NCBI GenBank assembly: GCA_002189035.1
Contig: NEEC01000158.1
Span: 1 to 25,668 of the forward strand
Direction: 5' to 3'
Length of the DNA stretch: 25,668 nucleotides
DNA from: Utricularia gibba
Taxonomy: Eukaryota; Plantae; Magnoliophyta
Numbering within the stretch: position 1 is the stretch's first letter; each line of letters begins with the position of its first letter. Positions 1 through 9,388 of this stretch are shown piece after piece. The notes beneath the pieces were generated by a model. The model was not told where the DNA came from. It searched no databases and saw nothing but the letters and a program-made list of their open reading frames with translations. A program made the translations under genes and the position numbers.

Positions 1-54
1 CCTTTTTTCGCCGGGCTAAAACTGACTTTGGGCTCATGCCCGGCGCGACCCCCA

Positions 55-143
55 GCCCGTGTGCATACGCAGCAGCACCACGAGGCCACATGGGCTTGGT
101 TAATGCCCGCGTGCTCGAGCAGCAGCCACAAGGCCATACGGCC
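55..143 (+). repeat. Two-copy 50-bp direct duplication (every unit)
   Basis: GCCCGTGTGCATACGCAGCAGCACCACGAGGCCACATGG (55) vs GCCCGCGTGCTCGAGCAGCAGC-CACAAGGCCATACGG (105). Confidence 0.75.
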
Positions 144-199
144 GTGGAAAAAAAGAAAAAACAACCATAAAATACAATAAGCCAAAAATAAAAAATAAA

Positions 200-362
200 A
201 TTGATAAACCCTTGGTTCGGTTCGGGCCCAATCAAAACCCGTAGGGTTTAACCCGTTCGGGTTGAACAGAAAGACAACCCCATGGGTCATGCAAACTGTA
301 ATACCCAGAATTTCATCGGGTTGGGTCCGAACCTGAATGGATCCAACCCAGGCCCATCTCTA
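200..362 (-). mobile_element. Possible single-ended hAT-like DNA transposon relic (every unit)
   Basis: Minus strand begins TAGAGATGGGC at 362; terminal 8 nt CATCTCTA match maize Ac TIR end CATCCCTA at 7/8; AACCCG/CGGGTT at 236, 250, 258, 317 and GGTTCGGTTCGG at 214 look like hAT-type subterminal motifs. No second TIR or 8-bp TSD found. Confidence 0.35.
318..349. other. 11-bp stem-loop (one G-T pair, 10-nt loop), every unit
   Basis: GGGTTGGGTCC-gaacctgaat-GGATCCAACCC. Confidence 0.8.
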
Positions 363-460
363 ATCATAATCATATGATATAGGTTTATTAAATTATAAAT
401 AATTGAAATACATTATTTATAAACCGTAGGATAACTGTGAAAGCTTCTTTGACTTAATTA

Positions 461-800
461 TTACCATTTGATCCTCAGTTGTACTTTGGATGGAGTGTGT
501 ATTTTTACTTTAGTCAATTTAATTAGCATTCGATCCTTGGTTATGATTCAGATCATATTTGCTATTTTTTTACTTTAAATATTTTTATTATCATTCGATC
601 CTTAAGTATAATGCGGATCGAGCGCGTATTTTTTATTTTAATATTTTTTATTAGCATTCGAACGTTAGGTATGCTGCGGATCGAGCGTATATTTTTCACT
701 CTCATATTTTTATTAGCCTTAGATCCTTAGGTATACTTTGGATCGAGTGCATATTCATTTATTTTAAATCTTAATTAGCGTTCCACCGTTAGGAGCAATT
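461..800 (+). repeat. ~62-bp tandem modules, left foldback arm (5.5 copies; present in every unit)
   Basis: TTA(G/T/C)CATTCGATCC-like starts at 461, 523, 588, 651, 713, 775 (period 62-65). Confidence 0.9.
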
Positions 801-828
801 TAGAAGTGTATACATTACAATGCCATGC

Positions 829-866
829 CACACGGGCGTGGTTTACGCACAACCCACGCCCGTGTG
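829..866. other. Perfect 13-bp GC-rich stem, 12-nt loop, at foldback centre (every unit)
   Basis: CACACGGGCGTGG-tttacgcacaac-CCACGCCCGTGTG. Confidence 0.9.
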
Positions 867-894
867 CCCTTGCAATGTAAACACGCTCCACATT

Positions 895-1165
895 GCTCCT
901 AAGGATCGAGCGTTAACACAAGTTTCAAGTAAACCATCTCCACTCGATCCGAATCATGTCTAAAGACCGAAAGCCAATAAAATATTAAAATAAAAAATAT
1001 ACGCTCGATCCGCATCATATCTTAGAATCGAATGCAAATAGAATCGTTCAAATAAAAAATATACACTCGATTGGAATCTTAACCAAGGATCGAATGCTAA
1101 TTAAAATGATTAAAATAAAAATGCACACTCCATCCAAAGTATAACTAAGGGTCGAATGCTAATAA
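895..1165 (-). repeat. ~62-bp tandem modules, right foldback arm, inverted (4.5 copies; present in every unit)
   Basis: CGAATGCTAA-like motifs at 907, 968, 1029, 1091, 1153 (period 61-62). Confidence 0.9.
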
Positions 1166-1542
1166 AAATTAAAAACTAAGAAACTTTCACATGTAGTATA
1201 TGCTTTAATAACTAACGTATTTACATTATTATATTTTAATAAACATATATCACATGATTATAAAAATATTTTTTTTGTCATTGTAGAAAGCTCATCACGC
1301 CACGCACACCACCCTGGAGAGGTTTCAACAGCTGTTATGAACTCACAACCCCTTGCTCAGCAGATTCAGTAAAATTCTCTAACACTTGGGCTTCCAACGG
1401 ATCATATCCCATATTCATTCATACGAAATTGTGCAAGAATAATGTGACTTTGAGTTTGAACTAGATAGTAGGACGCTGATCGAAGAATGGCCCATCGAGT
1501 CTCTAAAATTGGCCGTCCTCGCTCAACAAATGTGGGGTGCAC

Positions 1543-2384
1543 GTGACATCCCAATTTCAACAAATGCATCATGATTTTCGTCGAGTGGGCCCATGAGCCC
1601 GTCCGAACCCGGGGCCCGGGCCAAGGGCCCTCGAGAGCGCCCGCCTCAATACGAGGAGGTGTTCCTTCAAAAACCATATACGTCTCGTCACAACCCAACG
1701 TTAATAAATGCATCACTTTTTTTTGGCGCGCTACTGCTGACTTTGGGCCTGAGTTCGGCACGACCTCCGGCTCGATCAGGGTGCCCCACCGAGAGCTCCT
1801 CCTTAAGTATAAAGTGTGTTGTTGAAAAAAACCGTGTGCGGTTCTCGTGACATCCTAACTTCAACAAATGCATCACGATTTTCGTCGAGTCGGACGGGAC
1901 CGGGGGGCCCGGACGAGGCGCAGCGCCCGCTCCCCTCCCCCCCAAAACTAGAAGGTGTTCCATGGAAAACCATTTAGGCGGCTCGTGACAACCCAAAGTT
2001 AATAAATGCATCACTTTCTTTGCCGGGCTACAATGACTTTACGCTCGAGCCTGGTACGACGTATGGGAAGATTCGAGTGCCCCCCGAGAGCGTCTCCACA
2101 AGTATAAAGCGTGTTGTTGAAAAAACCGTGTTGGGTGCACGTGACATCCTAATTTCAACAAATGTGTCACGATTTTCGCCGAGTGGGACCAGAGTGGGCT
2201 CATCAGCCAGACCGAACCCGGGGCCCAAGCCAAGGGCCCCTCGAGAGCGCCCCCCACAAAACTAGATGGTGTTCCACGAAAAAAAATTAGGCGGCTCGTG
2301 ATAACCCAACGCTAAGAAATGCATCCCTTTTTTCGCCGGGCTAAAACTGACTTTGGGCTCATGCCCGGCGCGACCCCCAGCCCG
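1543..2384 (+). repeat. GC-rich ~150-bp subrepeats, order A1-B1-A2-B2-A3-B3(truncated), copy 1
   Basis: Monomer head GTGACA(T/A)CC(T/C)AA..AAATGCATCAC at 1543, 1687, 1847, 1985, 2141, 2298; A and B types alternate. In intact unit 3 the lengths are 147, 159, 144, 156, 157. Confidence 0.93.
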
Positions 2385-4658
2385 TGTGCATACGCAGCAG
2401 CACCACGAGGCCACATGGGCTTGGTTAATGCCCGCGTGCTCGAGCAGCAGCCACAAGGCCATACGGCCGTGGAAAAAAAGAAAAACAACCATAAAATACA
2501 ATAAGCCAAAAATAAAAAAATAAAATTGATAAACCCTTGGTTCGGTTCGGGCCCAATCAAAACCCGTAGGGTTTAACCCGTTCGGTTGAACAGAAAGACA
2601 ACCCCATGGGTCATGCAAACTGTAATACCCAGAATTTCATCGGGTTGGGTCCGAACCTGAATGGATCCAACCCAGCCCATCTCTAATCATAATCATATGA
2701 TATAGGTTTATTAAATTATAAATAATTGAAATACATTATTTATTAAACCGTAGGATAACTGTGAAAGCTTCTTTGACTTAATTATTACCATTTGATCCTC
2801 AGTTGTACTTTGGATGGAGTGTGTATTTTTACTTTAGTCAATTTAATTAGCATTCGATCCTTGGTTATGATTCAGATCATATTTGCTATTTTTTTACTTT
2901 AAATATTTTTATTATCATTCGATCCTTAAGTATAATGCGGATCGAGCGCGTATTTTTTATTTTAATATTTTTTATTAGCATTCGAACGTTAGGTATGCTG
3001 CGGATCGAGCGTATATTTTTCACTCTCATATTTTTATTAGCCTTAGATCCTTAGGTATACTTTGGATCGAGTGCATATTCATTTATTTTAAATCTTAATT
3101 AGCGTTCCACCGTTAGGAGCAATTTAGAACGTGTATACATTACAATGCCATGCCACACGGGCGTGGTTTACGCACAACCCACGCCCGTGTGCCCTTGCAA
3201 TGTAAACACGCTCCACATTGCTCCTAAGGATCGAGCGTTAACACAAGTTTCAAGTAAACCATCTCCACTCGATCCGAATCATGTCTAAAGACCGAAAGCC
3301 AATAAAAATATTAAAATAAAAAATATACGCTCGATCCGCATCATATCTTAGAATCGAATGCAAATAGAATCGTTCAAATAAAAATATACACTCGATTGGA
3401 ATCTTAACCAAGGATCGAATGCTAATTAAAATGATTAAAATAAAAATGCACACTCCATCCAAAGTATAACTAAGGGTCGAATGCTAATAAAATTAAAAAC
3501 TAAGAAACTTTCACATGTAGTATATGCTTTAATAACTAACGTATTTACATTATTTATATTTTAATAAACATATATCACATGATTATAAAAATATTTTTTT
3601 GTCATTGTAGAAAGCTCATCACGCCACGCACACCACCCTGGAGAGGTTTCAACAGCTGTTATGAACTCACAACCCCTTGCTCAGCAGATTCAGTAAAATT
3701 CTCTAACACTTGGGCTTCCAACGGATCATATCCCATATTCATTCATACGAAATTGTGCAAGAATAATGTGACTTTGAGTTTGAACTAGATAGTAGGACGC
3801 TGATCGAAGAATGGCCCATCGAGTCTCTAAAATTGGCCGTCCTCGCTCAACAAATGTGGGGTGCACGTGACATCCCAATTTCAACAAATGCATCATGATT
3901 TTCGTCGAGTGGGCCCATGAGCCCGTCCGAACCCGGGGCCCGGGCCAAGGGCCCCTCGAGAGCGCCCGCCTCAATACGAGGAGGTGTTCCTTCAAAAACC
4001 ATATACGCGTCTCGTCACAACCCAACGTTAATAAATGCATCACTTTTTTTGGCGCGCTACTGCTGACTTTGGGCCTGAGTTCGGCACGACCTCCGGCTCG
4101 ATCAGGGTGCCCCACCGAGAGCTCCTCCTTAAGTATAAAGTGTGTTGTTGAAAAAAACCGTGTGCGGTTCTCGTGACATCCTAACTTCAACAAATGCATC
4201 ACGATTTTCGTCGAGTCGGACGGGACCGGGCTCCCGGGGCCCGGACGAGGCGCAGCGCCCGCTCCCCTCCCCCCCAAAACTAGAAGGTGTTCCATGGAAA
4301 ACCATTTAGGCGGCTCGTGACAACCCAAAGTTAATAAATGCATCACTTTCTTTGCCGGGCTACAATGACTTTACGCTCGAGCCTGGTACGACGTATGGGA
4401 AGATTCGAGTGCCCCCCGAGAGCGTCTCCACAAGTATAAAGCGTGTTGTTGAAAAAACCGTGTTGGGTGCACGTGACATCCTAATTTCAACAAATGTGTC
4501 ACGATTTTCGCCGAGTGGGACCAGAGTGGGCTCATCAGCCAGACCGAACCCGGGGCCCAAGCCAAGGGCCCCTCGAGAGCGCCCCCCCACAAAACTAGAT
4601 GGTGTTCCACGAAAAAAAATTAGGCGGCTCGTGATAACCCAACGCTAAGAAATGCATC
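2326..4658. repeat. Unit copy 2
   Basis: 2333 bp; near-identical to neighbours. Confidence 0.97.
2689..3586. repeat. Foldback inverted repeat, copy 2
   Basis: Same structure as 366-1261. Confidence 0.93.
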
Positions 4659-4717
4659 CCTTTTTTCGCCGGGCTAAAACTGACTTTGGGCTCATGCCCG
4701 GCGCGACCCCCAGCCCG
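3867..4717 (+). repeat. A/B subrepeat block, copy 2
   Basis: Same as 1543-2384. Confidence 0.9.
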
Positions 4718-6993
4718 TGTGCATACGCAGCAGCACCACGAGGCCACATGGGCTTGGTTAATGCCCGCGTGCTCGAGCAGCAGCCACAAGGCCATACGGC
4801 CGTGGAAAAAAAGAAAAACAACCATAAAATACAATAAGCCAAAAATAAAAAATAAAATTGATAAACCCTTGGTTCGGTTCGGGCCCAATCAAAACCCGTA
4901 GGGTTTAACCCGTTCGGGTTGAACAGAAAGACAACCCCATGGGTCATGCAAACTGTAATACCCAGAATTTCATCGGGTTGGGTCCGAACCTGAATGGATC
5001 CAACCCAGGCCCATCTCTAATCATAATCATATGATATAGGTTTATTAAATTATAAATAATTGAAATACATTATTTATTAAACCGTAGGATAACTGTGAAA
5101 GCTTCTTTGACTTAATTATTACCATTTGATCCTCAGTTGTACTTTGGATGGAGTGTGTATTTTTACTTTAGTCAATTTAATTAGCATTCGATCCTTGGTT
5201 ATGATTCAGATCATATTTGCTATTTTTTTACTTTAAATATTTTTATTATCATTCGATCCTTAAGTATAATGCGGATCGAGCGCGTATTTTTTATTTTAAT
5301 ATTTTTTATTAGCATTCGAACGTTAGGTATGCTGCGGATCGAGCGTATATTTTTCACTCTCATATTTTTATTAGCCTTAGATCCTTAGGTATACTTTGGA
5401 TCGAGTGCATATTCATTTATTTTAAATCTTAATTAGCGTTCCACCGTTAGGAGCAATTTAGAACGTGTATACATTACAATGCCATGCCACACGGGCGTGG
5501 TTTACGCACAACCCACGCCCGTGTGCCCTTGCAATGTAAACACGCTCCACATTGCTCCTAAGGATCGAGCGTTAACACAAGTTTCAAGTAAACCATCTCC
5601 ACTCGATCCGAATCATGTCTAAAGACCGAAAGCCAATAAAAATATTAAAATAAAAAATATACGCTCGATCCGCATCATATCTTAGAATCGAATGCAAATA
5701 GAATCGTTCAAATAAAAAATATACACTCGATTGGAATCTTAACCAAGGATCGAATGCTAATTAAAATGATTAAAATAAAAATGCACACTCCATCCAAAGT
5801 ATAACTAAGGGTCGAATGCTAATAAAATTAAAAACTAAGAAACTTTCACATGTAGTATATGCTTTAATAACTAACGTATTTACATTATTTATATTTTAAT
5901 AAACATATATCACATGATTATAAAAATATTTTTTTTGTCATTGTAGAAAGCTCATCACGCCACGCACACCACCCTGGAGAGGTTTCAACAGCTGTTATGA
6001 ACTCACAACCCCTTGCTCAGCAGATTCAGTAAAATTCTCTAACACTTGGGCTTCCAACGGATCATATCCCATATTCATTCATACGAAATTGTGCAAGAAT
6101 AATGTGACTTTGAGTTTGAACTAGATAGTAGGACGCTGATCGAAGAATGGCCCATCGAGTCTCTAAAATTGGCCGTCCTCGCTCAACAAATGTGGGGTGC
6201 ACGTGACATCCCAATTTCAACAAATGCATCATGATTTTCGTCGAGTGGGCCCATGAGCCCGTCCGAACCCGGGGCCCGGGCCAAGGGCCCCTCGAGAGCG
6301 CCCGCCTCAATACGAGGAGGTGTTCCTTCAAAAACCATATACGCGTCTCGTCACAACCCAACGTTAATAAATGCATCACTTTTTTTGGCGCGCTACTGCT
6401 GACTTTGGGCCTGAGTTCGGCACGACCTCCGGCTCGATCAGGGTGCCCCACCGAGAGCTCCTCCTTAAGTATAAAGTGTGTTGTTGAAAAAAACCGTGTG
6501 CGGTTCTCGTGACATCCTAACTTCAACAAATGCATCACGATTTTCGTCGAGTCGGACGGGACCGGGCTCCCGGGGCCCGGACGAGGCGCAGCGCCCGCTC
6601 CCCTCCCCCCCAAAACTAGAAGGTGTTCCATGGAAAACCATTTAGGCGGCTCGTGACAACCCAAAGTTAATAAATGCATCACTTTCTTTGCCGGGCTACA
6701 ATGACTTTACGCTCGAGCCTGGTACGACGTATGGGAAGATTCGAGTGCCCCCCGAGAGCGTCTCCACAAGTATAAAGCGTGTTGTTGAAAAAACCGTGTT
6801 GGGTGCACGTGACATCCTAATTTCAACAAATGTGTCACGATTTTCGCCGAGTGGGACCAGAGTGGGCTCATCAGCCAGACCGAACCCGGGGCCCAAGCCA
6901 AGGGCCCCTCGAGAGCGCCCCCCACAAAACTAGATGGTGTTCCACGAAAAAAAATTAGGCGGCTCGTGATAACCCAACGCTAAGAAATGCATC
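4659..6993. repeat. Unit copy 3
   Basis: 2335 bp; near-identical to neighbours. Confidence 0.97.
5023..5921. repeat. Foldback inverted repeat, copy 3
   Basis: Same structure as 366-1261. Confidence 0.93.
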
Positions 6994-7052
6994 CCTTTTT
7001 TCGCCGGGCTAAAACTGACTTTGGGCTCATGCCCGGCGCGACCCCCAGCCCG
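6203..7052 (+). repeat. A/B subrepeat block, copy 3
   Basis: Monomer starts 6203, 6350, 6509, 6653, 6809, 6966. Confidence 0.9.
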
Positions 7053-9329
7053 TGTGCATACGCAGCAGCACCACGAGGCCACATGGGCTTGGTTAATGCC
7101 CGCGTGCTCGAGCAGCAGCCACAAGGCCATACGGCCGTGGAAAAAAAGAAAAACAACCATAAAATACAATAAGCCAAAAATAAAAAATAAAATTGATAAA
7201 CCCTTGGTTCGGTTCGGGCCCAATCAAAACCCGTAGGGTTTAACCCGTTCGGGTTGAACAGAAAGACAACCCCATGGGTCATGCAAACTGTAATACCCAG
7301 AATTTCATCGGGTTGGGTCCGAACCTGAATGGATCCAACCCAGGCCCATCTCTAATCATAATCATATGATATAGGTTTATTAAATTATAAATAATTGAAA
7401 TACATTATTTATTAAACCGTAGGATAACTGTGAAAGCTTCTTTGACTTAATTATTACCATTTGATCCTCAGTTGTACTTTGGATGGAGTGTGTATTTTTA
7501 CTTTAGTCAATTTAATTAGCATTCGATCCTTGGTTATGATTCAGATCATATTTGCTATTTTTTTACTTTAAATATTTTTATTATCATTCGATCCTTAAGT
7601 ATAATGCGGATCGAGCGCGTATTTTTTATTTTAATATTTTTTATTAGCATTCGAACGTTAGGTATGCTGCGGATCGAGCGTATATTTTTCACTCTCATAT
7701 TTTTATTAGCCTTAGATCCTTAGGTATACTTTGGATCGAGTGCATATTCATTTATTTTAAATCTTAATTAGCGTTCCACCGTTAGGAGCAATTTAGAACG
7801 TGTATACATTACAATGCCATGCCACACGGGCGTGGTTTACGCACAACCCACGCCCGTGTGCCCTTGCAATGTAAACACGCTCCACATTGCTCCTAAGGAT
7901 CGAGCGTTAACACAAGTTTCAAGTAAACCATCTCCACTCGATCCGAATCATGTCTAAAGACCGAAAGCCAATAAAAATATTAAAATAAAAAATATACGCT
8001 CGATCCGCATCATATCTTAGAATCGAATGCAAATAGAATCGTTCAAATAAAAAATATACACTCGATTGGAATCTTAACCAAGGATCGAATGCTAATTAAA
8101 ATGATTAAAATAAAAATGCACACTCCATCCAAAGTATAACTAAGGGTCGAATGCTAATAAAATTAAAAACTAAGAAACTTTCACATGTAGTATATGCTTT
8201 AATAACTAACGTATTTACATTATTTATATTTTAATAAACATATATCACATGATTATAAAAATATTTTTTTTGTCATTGTAGAAAGCTCATCACGCCACGC
8301 ACACCACCCTGGAGAGGTTTCAACAGCTGTTATGAACTCACAACCCCTTGCTCAGCAGATTCAGTAAAATTCTCTAACACTTGGGCTTCCAACGGATCAT
8401 ATCCCATATTCATTCATACGAAATTGTGCAAGAATAATGTGACTTTGAGTTTGAACTAGATAGTAGGACGCTGATCGAAGAATGGCCCATCGAGTCTCTA
8501 AAATTGGCCGTCCTCGCTCAACAAATGTGGGGTGCACGTGACATCCCAATTTCAACAAATGCATCATGATTTTCGTCGAGTGGGCCCATGAGCCCGTCCG
8601 AACCCGGGGCCCGGGCCAAGGGCCCCTCGAGAGCGCCCGCCTCAATACGAGGAGGTGTTCCTTCAAAAACCATATACGCGTCTCGTCACAACCCAACGTT
8701 AATAAATGCATCACTTTTTTTGGCGCGCTACTGCTGACTTTGGGCCTGAGTTCGGCACGACCTCCGGCTCGATCAGGGTGCCCCACCGAGAGCTCCTCCT
8801 TAAGTATAAAGTGTGTTGTTGAAAAAAACCGTGTGCGGTTCTCGTGACATCCTAACTTCAACAAATGCATCACGATTTTCGTCGAGTCGGACGGGACCGG
8901 GCTCCCGGGGCCCGGACGAGGCGCAGCGCCCGCTCCCCTCCCCCCCAAAACTAGAAGGTGTTCCATGGAAAACCATTTAGGCGGCTCGTGACAACCCAAA
9001 GTTAATAAATGCATCACTTTCTTTGCCGGGCTACAATGACTTTACGCTCGAGCCTGGTACGACGTATGGGAAGATTCGAGTGCCCCCCGAGAGCGTCTCC
9101 ACAAGTATAAAGCGTGTTGTTGAAAAAACCGTGTTGGGTGCACGTGACATCCTAATTTCAACAAATGTGTCACGATTTTCGCCGAGTGGGACCAGAGTGG
9201 GCTCATCAGCCAGACCGAACCCGGGGCCCAAGCCAAGGGCCCCTCGAGAGCGCCCCCCCACAAAACTAGATGGTGTTCCACGAAAAAAAATTAGGCGGCT
9301 CGTGATAACCCAACGCTAAGAAATGCATC
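6994..9329. repeat. Unit copy 4
   Basis: 2336 bp; near-identical to neighbours. Confidence 0.97.
7358..8256. repeat. Foldback inverted repeat, copy 4
   Basis: Same structure as 366-1261. Confidence 0.93.
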
Positions 9330-9388
9330 CCTTTTTTCGCCGGGCTAAAACTGACTTTGGGCTCATGCCCGGCGCGACCCCCAGCCCG
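8538..9388 (+). repeat. A/B subrepeat block, copy 4
   Basis: Same as 1543-2384. Confidence 0.9.

Larger units (their letters stand above)
366..1261. repeat. Long imperfect inverted repeat (foldback-like), copy 1
   Basis: ATAATCAT (366) pairs with ATGATTAT (1254-1261); 481-540 matches the reverse complement of 1083-1142 at 55/60; centre CACACGGGCGTGG (829-841) / CCACGCCCGTGTG (854-866). Confidence 0.95.
1..2325. repeat. Unit copy 1 (window phase)
   Basis: 2325 bp; several small deletions relative to central copies, e.g. 6 bp near 1890 and CG near 1681. Confidence 0.97.
364..2686 (+). mobile_element. Alternative reading: unit is a non-autonomous Helitron-like element in head-to-tail array
   Basis: Starts TC (364), ends hairpin + 10 nt + CTAA (2683-2686) immediately followed by the next TC; no Rep/helicase; hairpin longer than canonical. 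Confidence 0.25.

Noticed and set aside
55-64. GCCCGTGTGC shared with the foldback apex (858-867)
   Set aside because: A single 10-mer match within a 2.3-kb unit is expected by chance.
295-310. CRESS-DNA virus or satellite origin (unit size 2.3 kb; GGGTATTAC on minus strand)
   Set aside because: Does not fit NANTATTAC, is not at the apex of a stable stem, and there is no Rep or capsid ORF.
225-357. Telo-box TAGGGTTT (242-249) with site II motifs GGCCCA (225, 351) as a captured plant promoter
   Set aside because: Short motifs expected in a GGGTT/GGCCC-rich segment; no downstream gene; better explained by the transposon-end reading.
461-800. CRISPR-like look (27-bp dyad plus ~35-bp linker, period 62-65)
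   Set aside because: The linkers are homologous A/T tracts rather than unique spacers, the dyads are degenerate, the array is mirrored, and there are no cas genes.
357-1270. Target-site duplication around the foldback
   Set aside because: Left flank (TCTCTAATC) and right flank (AAAAATATT) do not match at any 2-10 bp length I tried.
1296-1318. Kinetoplast minicircle conserved block (GGGTGGTGTG on minus strand)
   Set aside because: Does not match CSB-3 GGGGTTGGTGTA, and CSB-1/CSB-2 are not present at the expected spacing.
1540-1547. CACGTGAC (G-box / yeast CDEI-like), also at 2138
   Set aside because: Part of the A-monomer head; not followed by a CDEII/CDEIII arrangement; no evidence of regulatory use.
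1-2325. 5S or 35S/45S rDNA array, snRNA or tRNA gene array
   Set aside because: No 5S, 18S/5.8S/25S, U1/U2/U6 or cloverleaf sequence recognised on either strand; no TATATAGGG-type Pol I start; GGTTCGGACCC (minus strand, 323-333) misses the B-box consensus and lacks an A box context.
3726-4346. 206-aa minus-strand ORF with repeated MHLL(T/K)LGC(H/D) motif (also 6062-6682, 8397-9017)
   Set aside because: The motif is just the translated head of the ~150-bp monomers; no recognisable domain; the frame is broken in the other eight copies by single-base indels.
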